From: an uncultured Microbacterium sp.
Lineage (GTDB): Bacteria > Actinomycetota > Actinomycetes > Actinomycetales > Microbacteriaceae
NCBI RefSeq assembly: GCF_947632095.1
Contig: NZ_CANROA010000003.1
Span: 11,340 to 75,339 of the forward strand
Length of the DNA stretch: 64,000 nucleotides
Reading direction: 5' to 3'
The translations under genes and the position numbers were made by a program. Below the pieces are notes generated by a model that saw only the letters and a list, made by a program, of their open reading frames with translations, did not search any database and was not told the DNA's origin. Positions within the stretch are counted from its first letter, which is position 1; every line of letters starts with the position of its first letter. Shown one piece after another: positions 59,267 to 64,000 of the stretch.

Positions 59267-60576
59267 CACGACCAGGCGCGACATGGCACAACTGGGCACG
59301 ATCGGCGCGGGTCGATCCCGTGCGCGTCGAGAGGCCCCGCACGCCCGAGGGAGTGCAGCGCGCTGTGCAGGCCGCTGCGACGCGGGGATTGCCGGTCAAA
59401 GCCATCGGTGCCGGGCACAGCTTCACGGGCATAGCCGTGGCTCCGGGTGTGCTGCTCGAGCTCGATGATCTGCAGGGGCTCGTCTCGGTCGACCGTGAGC
59501 GCTCGCGCATCACGGTGCTCGCCGGTACTCGGCTGCACCGGCTTCCCCGGATCCTGGCCGCTCACGGGCTGGCCATGGAGAACCTCGGCGACATCGACCG
59601 GCAGTCGATCGCTGGGGCGATCTCGACGGGCACGCACGGCACCGGAGCACAATTCGGAGGCCTGGCGACCCAGGTCGTGGGCATCACGCTCATCACTGCA
59701 TCGGGTGATTTTCTCCGCATCGATGAGCAGGAGAACAGCGAGCTGCTTCCCGCCGTCGCACTGGGCCTCGGTGCGCTGGGGATCATCGTCGAGGTCACCC
59801 TGCAGTGCGTGCCCGCCTTCGTCCTGCACGCCGTCGACGAACCGATCCCGCTGCACGAGGTGCTCTCGACCCTGGACGAACGGGTCGCGGCATCCGATCA
59901 CTTCGAGTTCTACTGGTTCCCGCACACGGATATCGCCCTCACGAAGCGCCAGACTCGGCTGCCCGAATCGACGCGGCGTGAACCCTTGCCGCGCCTGGGC
60001 CGCTGGATCGATGAGACGGTGCTGTCGAACACCGTCTATCGGGCGGTGTGCGCGGCGGGGCGCGTCGTTCCGGCGATCACGCCGCCGTTCAACCGACTCG
60101 CGGTGCGCCTGACCGGGGACCGCGAGTACACCGACCGCTCGCACGCCGTCTTCACGCAGAGCCGCACGGTGCGCTTCCGGGAGATGGAGTACGCCCTGCC
60201 CGCCGAGAACGTCGTCCCGGCCTTCCGTGCGATCCAGACGCTCATCGCCCGGCGCGGCTGGCGCATCGAATTCCCCCTCGAGGTGCGGTTCGCCGCATCC
60301 GATGACCGCTGGATGTCGACCGCGTACGGGCGGGCGAGCGGCTATATCGCGGTGCACCGCTACTGGCGGGTCGATCCCACCGAGTACTTCGGTGAGATCG
60401 AGCGCATCTGCCTGGAGTACGGCGGACGCCCGCACTGGGGAAAACTGCATACGCTCGATGCTTCCCAGCTGCGGGAGAGATATCCGCGATTCGGCGATTT
60501 CCTGGCGCTGCGCGATCAGTTGGACCCACAACGGCGTTTCGCCAACACGCACCTGGAGCGCGTGCTGGGAAAGTGA
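59263..60576 (+). CDS. FAD-linked aldonolactone oxidase (D-arabinono-1,4-lactone / L-gulonolactone oxidase family)
   Basis: WHNWA, GAGHSF, NLGDIDRQSIAGAISTGTHG, FREMEY, FPLEVRF, GRPHWGK; overlaps upstream stop (GTGA). Confidence 0.9.
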   Translation: MTRPGATWHNWARSARVDPVRVERPRTPEGVQRAVQAAATRGLPVKAIGAGHSFTGIAVAPGVLLELDDLQGLVSVDRERSRITVLAGTRLHRLPRILAAHGLAMENLGDIDRQSIAGAISTGTHGTGAQFGGLATQVVGITLITASGDFLRIDEQENSELLPAVALGLGALGIIVEVTLQCVPAFVLHAVDEPIPLHEVLSTLDERVAASDHFEFYWFPHTDIALTKRQTRLPESTRREPLPRLGRWIDETVLSNTVYRAVCAAGRVVPAITPPFNRLAVRLTGDREYTDRSHAVFTQSRTVRFREMEYALPAENVVPAFRAIQTLIARRGWRIEFPLEVRFAASDDRWMSTAYGRASGYIAVHRYWRVDPTEYFGEIERICLEYGGRPHWGKLHTLDASQLRERYPRFGDFLALRDQLDPQRRFANTHLERVLGK

Positions 60577-60648
60577 CCGGTGCGTCCAGTTCGCACGCAG
60601 GGTGCGTCGATAGGATGAAAAAAATTCGTTTCGAGGGGGTTGCCCACC

Positions 60649-61215
60649 ATGGAATGGCTCATTCCGGTAGTGATCATTGTGGCCGTGCTGGCACTTGTCG
60701 GCATTTACCTGTGGGCGACGTACAACTCGCTCGTGCAGTTGAACGTCCGCGTCGACGAGGCATGGAGCGGGATCACTGTTCAGCTGAAGCGCCGGGCCGA
60801 CCTCATCCCCAACCTCATCGAGACGGTCAAGGGCTACGCCGCCCATGAGAAGGCGGTCTTCGAGAACGTGACGCGGGCACGAGCCGAGACGATGTCGGCG
60901 ACCGGGCCGGGCGAGGCGGGAATCGCCGAGGGCCACCTGCAGCAGGCGCTGAAGTCGCTCTTCGCGGTGGCCGAGGCCTACCCTCAGCTGCAGGCCAGCC
61001 AGAACTTCCTCGGGCTGCAGCAGGCACTCGTCGACACCGAGGACAAGATTCAGGCCGCCCGCCGCTTCTACAACGGCGGCGTGCGCGAGCTGAACACCAA
61101 GATCAAGGTGTTCCCCAACAACCTCTTCGCCCGCGGTCTCGGCTTCACCGAGCGAGAGTTCTTCGAGGTTGCCGACAGTGCGGCCATCGCCGAGCCGCCC
61201 CGCGTGCAGTTCTGA
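60649..61215 (+). CDS. lemA: LemA family protein
   Basis: N-terminal TM, YNSLV, QLKRRADLIPNL, AEAYPQLQAS, RRFYNGGVRELN. Confidence 0.95.
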   Translation: MEWLIPVVIIVAVLALVGIYLWATYNSLVQLNVRVDEAWSGITVQLKRRADLIPNLIETVKGYAAHEKAVFENVTRARAETMSATGPGEAGIAEGHLQQALKSLFAVAEAYPQLQASQNFLGLQQALVDTEDKIQAARRFYNGGVRELNTKIKVFPNNLFARGLGFTEREFFEVADSAAIAEPPRVQF

Positions 61216-61225
61216 CACCACCGGA

Positions 61226-61263
61226 GAGGAAGGCCCGATGCGCATGCGCATCGGGCCTTCCTC
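61226..61263. terminator. Perfect 38-bp palindrome / bidirectional terminator
   Basis: GAGGAAGGCCCGATGCGCA|TGCGCATCGGGCCTTCCTC between convergent genes. Confidence 0.8.
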
Positions 61264-61266
61264 GTT

Positions 61267-62154
61267 TCACCAGACCGACAGCACGATCGTGTCGGCGGTG
61301 AAGGAGACATCGCCGCGAAGCGTCCACGATTCGGTTCGATAGGTGGCGGTGAGCGGCTTTCCGTCGTGACCGGTGCCGTGCACGACGGCGATGAGGATGC
61401 CGTCATCGGCGAGGAACGAGGTCTCGCTCAGCGTGATGCTCGGGAAACGCTCGATCGTCATCTCTGCGCTGTCGACGTCCCGGAGATCCGCTGCCCAGGG
61501 CAGGACGATCCCGCATCCGCCCGGGATATCGGATGCCGTGGCGCAGTCTGTCGCGTAGGCGTCGAGCCGGGACTGAGCGAGGGACGACGCCTCGGGCAAG
61601 AGCTCGGCGTCGAGCGGACTCATGATGTCGGCGCCCGCGAGCGCACTGATGCGCGCCTCCCCGGCGAGGAAATCCGCCGGGGCCGCGGAGGCCTCGTAGA
61701 CGGCGGGAATCAGCAGGGTCGGCGTGCTCGCCGGGATCAGAGCATCCCCGATCATCATGGGCGCATCCGCGGTGACGGCGGCGAAGAGCGCGTCGGGCTC
61801 CGGGACAAGGGACCCGCCGACCCGGGTCATCGGCAGCGCCGCGCGGTGCTGTTCACCATCCAGCGTGTAGGACACGCTGACGACGGGATCGCCGTCGTGC
61901 GCGGATGCCGAGACGACCGCCGGGTCCTCGATGAGACCGGTCGCGCCGCTCAGCGCGGCTATGGCGCTCTCCTCGAGCTCCACGCCGGCCGCGGCGATCG
62001 TCTCGGGGTCGCCCGTCGCCAATGCCTGCATGACGGCCAGAGCCCGATCCTCGGGAGCATCATCGGACGGGGTGAGGAAGAAGAGACCGGCCGCGGCCGT
62101 GGCGATGACCGCCGCGCCGATGGCGAGGAGCATTATCGGCCTGCGCTTCGTCAT
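61267..62154 (-). CDS. Hypothetical membrane-anchored/secreted protein
   Basis: MTKRRPIMLLAIGAAVIATAAAGLFFL N-terminal anchor; overlaps upstream stop. Confidence 0.7.
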   Translation of the reverse strand: MTKRRPIMLLAIGAAVIATAAAGLFFLTPSDDAPEDRALAVMQALATGDPETIAAAGVELEESAIAALSGATGLIEDPAVVSASAHDGDPVVSVSYTLDGEQHRAALPMTRVGGSLVPEPDALFAAVTADAPMMIGDALIPASTPTLLIPAVYEASAAPADFLAGEARISALAGADIMSPLDAELLPEASSLAQSRLDAYATDCATASDIPGGCGIVLPWAADLRDVDSAEMTIERFPSITLSETSFLADDGILIAVVHGTGHDGKPLTATYRTESWTLRGDVSFTADTIVLSVW

Positions 62155-63407
62155 CCCGACACCTCCCGCGGGTGCACGTGACGCAGTGCCCCGCACTCGG
62201 AGGAGGTCAGGGGACGCGCGATGGCCTCGGCCGCATCACCCCATCCGGAGATCGAGATGTTCTGGAGACCCTGCCACTCGGCCGCGCGCATGATCTCCGC
62301 GGCGATGGCCGCCTCATCGCCGCGGCGGCCCTGCGGCTCCCACCAGGCGGACTGCACCTGCAGCGTCGAGCTCGCGCGATCGGCACGCAGATCGACGCGC
62401 GCAACGATGCGGTCGCGTACGAGAACGGGCAGGGAGTAGTAGCCGTATCGGCGCCTGTGCGCGGGAACGTAGATCTCGATGCGGTAGTCGAGCTCGAAAA
62501 CGCGCAGCGCACGCTGGCGGAACCAGACGACGGGATCGAAGGGCGTGAGCAGAGCCGCAGCCTGGATTCGGCGGGGCAGGACGGCGTCGCTGTGCATCCA
62601 TGCCGTGACGGCGCGTCCGCCCTGCTCCCACCCCCGTACAGCGACGGCGCGCAGACGCCCCTCGTCGGCGAGTTCATGGACGGCCCGTGCGACCGCGGCG
62701 CGGTCTCGGATGCGGTAGTAGTCGGCGAGGTCGGCAGCCGTCGCGATGCCGGACGATCGCGCCGCGCGCTCCACGAGCTCGCGGATCGCCGCGTCGCGGG
62801 GGACGACCCGATCTCGAACGGATGCCGGGATCACATGCTCGGCCAGTGCGTAGAGCCGCTCGAAGCCGCGGCGTCCGCTGATAGACACCTCGCCCACCCG
62901 CCACAGGTACTCCAGCGCCTGTTTCGCCTCATCCCAGTCCCACCAGGAACCGCGTTCGCGCGGCGCATCATCGCGCAGCTGCGCGGACCGCAGCGCACCG
63001 CGCTCCGCCAGCTCGGCCCGTACCCAGTCCAGGGTTCGGGGATCCGGCCACGATGAGGGGTTCGCGTCGCGGCGGGCGCGGAAATCATCCATGCGGAAAC
63101 GCCAGAGCGGCCAGTCCTCGACGGGGATGAAGGTCGCCTCGTGCGCGAGGTATTCGACGTAGTGCGTGGTCCGGTTGACGAAGACGCGATCCAGGAGCGC
63201 CGGATCGTACGCGCCCAACCGGGAGAAGAAGGGCATGTAGTGACTGCGGGAGAACACGTTCACCGAGTCGATCTGCAGCACGCCCAGCCTGCCCATCGTG
63301 CCGTGCAGGTGACGGGGAGCGATCCTGGCGGCCGGGCGTCGACGGCTGAACCCCTGCGCGGCTAGGGCGACGCGTCGGGCCTCAGCGGCGCTCAGAGTGT
63401 CGGACAC
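62151..63407 (-). CDS. YcaQ/AlkZ-like winged-helix DNA glycosylase (HTH_42 family)
   Basis: ARRVALAAQGF, LQIDSVNV (QxD motif), RSHY, LLTPFDPVVWFR, YRIEIYVP..RRYGYY.LP. Confidence 0.88.
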   Translation of the reverse strand: MSDTLSAAEARRVALAAQGFSRRRPAARIAPRHLHGTMGRLGVLQIDSVNVFSRSHYMPFFSRLGAYDPALLDRVFVNRTTHYVEYLAHEATFIPVEDWPLWRFRMDDFRARRDANPSSWPDPRTLDWVRAELAERGALRSAQLRDDAPRERGSWWDWDEAKQALEYLWRVGEVSISGRRGFERLYALAEHVIPASVRDRVVPRDAAIRELVERAARSSGIATAADLADYYRIRDRAAVARAVHELADEGRLRAVAVRGWEQGGRAVTAWMHSDAVLPRRIQAAALLTPFDPVVWFRQRALRVFELDYRIEIYVPAHRRRYGYYSLPVLVRDRIVARVDLRADRASSTLQVQSAWWEPQGRRGDEAAIAAEIMRAAEWQGLQNISISGWGDAAEAIARPLTSSECGALRHVHPREVSG

Positions 63408-63497
63408 CCCGTCAGCGTACCCTCCGCCTCAGACACGGCAGCGTCATCGATGTCATCCATACTCCAGAGCGTTCTCAGCCGCAACTAGACTGACCAC

Positions 63498-64000
63498 ATG
63501 ACGGAAGAGCAGCGCCCCCGAAAGCGCGATCTCCTGTGGGGTCGCATGCCGACCGACCGCACCGTCTCGACCGAGGCCGACCATGCCGTCCCCCTCGCTC
63601 TGCGCGTCACGGCGGGGTACGCGTGGCGGCTGCTGTTGATCGCCGCCGCGGCCGGAGTGATCGTGTGGGTCGTGATCACGCTGAAGCTCCTCGTGATCCC
63701 CCTGCTCGTGGGCATCCTCATCACGGCCCTGCTCTGGCCTGCCTTCTCCTGGATGCTGCGGCACCGCGTGCCGCGCTGGATCGCCATCGTCGTCTCGATG
63801 CTCGGAACCGTGGCGATCGTCGGGGGCCTCATGTGGCTCGTCATCTGGCAGGTCGCCCGTGAATGGCCCGAGGTGCAGGCGCGAACGGTCATCGCCGTGA
63901 ACGAGTTCCGCACCTACCTCACTGAGGGGCCCCTGCATCTCACGGATGCGCAGATCCAGAACTACATCGATCAGGGCTTCGCGCTCATCCAGGAGCAGGC
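63498..64000 (+). CDS. AI-2E family transporter (N-terminal part; runs off window edge)
   Basis: Not in ORF track; manual translation from ATG 63498: ...LRVTAGYAWRLLLIAAAAGVIVWVVITLKLLVIPLLVGILITALLWPAFSWMLRHRVPRW. Confidence 0.75.
   Translation, partial: MTEEQRPRKRDLLWGRMPTDRTVSTEADHAVPLALRVTAGYAWRLLLIAAAAGVIVWVVITLKLLVIPLLVGILITALLWPAFSWMLRHRVPRWIAIVVSMLGTVAIVGGLMWLVIWQVAREWPEVQARTVIAVNEFRTYLTEGPLHLTDAQIQNYIDQGFALIQEQ

Overview
High-GC actinobacterial chromosomal window. Gene content and synteny point to Microbacteriaceae, probably Microbacterium (inference). It is mostly core and metabolic: a partial ECF sigma factor, nagA plus a GH20 hexosaminidase, a ZTP-riboswitch-led glyA-folD, and a homoprotocatechuate meta-cleavage (hpa) cluster with a MobA-like monooxygenase and an FAH-RraA fusion. 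These are followed by a TPP enzyme, a long-type GAPDH / RamB-ScfR-like regulator / pckG block, an FMN-riboswitch-led ribD-ribE-ribBA-ribH operon, mfd, gdhA, ppc, nhaA, mazG, hisS, a YtrA-DUF1648-CPBP module, eno-ftsB-DUF501-S8 protease-NDH-2, tRNA-Leu(TAA), a PLP enzyme/lactone oxidase pair, lemA, a YcaQ-like glycosylase and a partial AI-2E transporter. I saw no transposase, integrase, prophage or CRISPR array. The most unusual signals are non-genic: (i) two homologous 82-bp palindromic elements between convergent genes, (ii) an 85-bp palindromic element inserted in-frame inside the TPP enzyme gene, (iii) a strongly iterated GGATGCC/GGCATCC heptamer, and (iv) a 6C-like RNA candidate with C-rich loops upstream of the sigma factor. 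All calls are from manual reading; no database searches were run, and several starts were trimmed relative to the ORF track.
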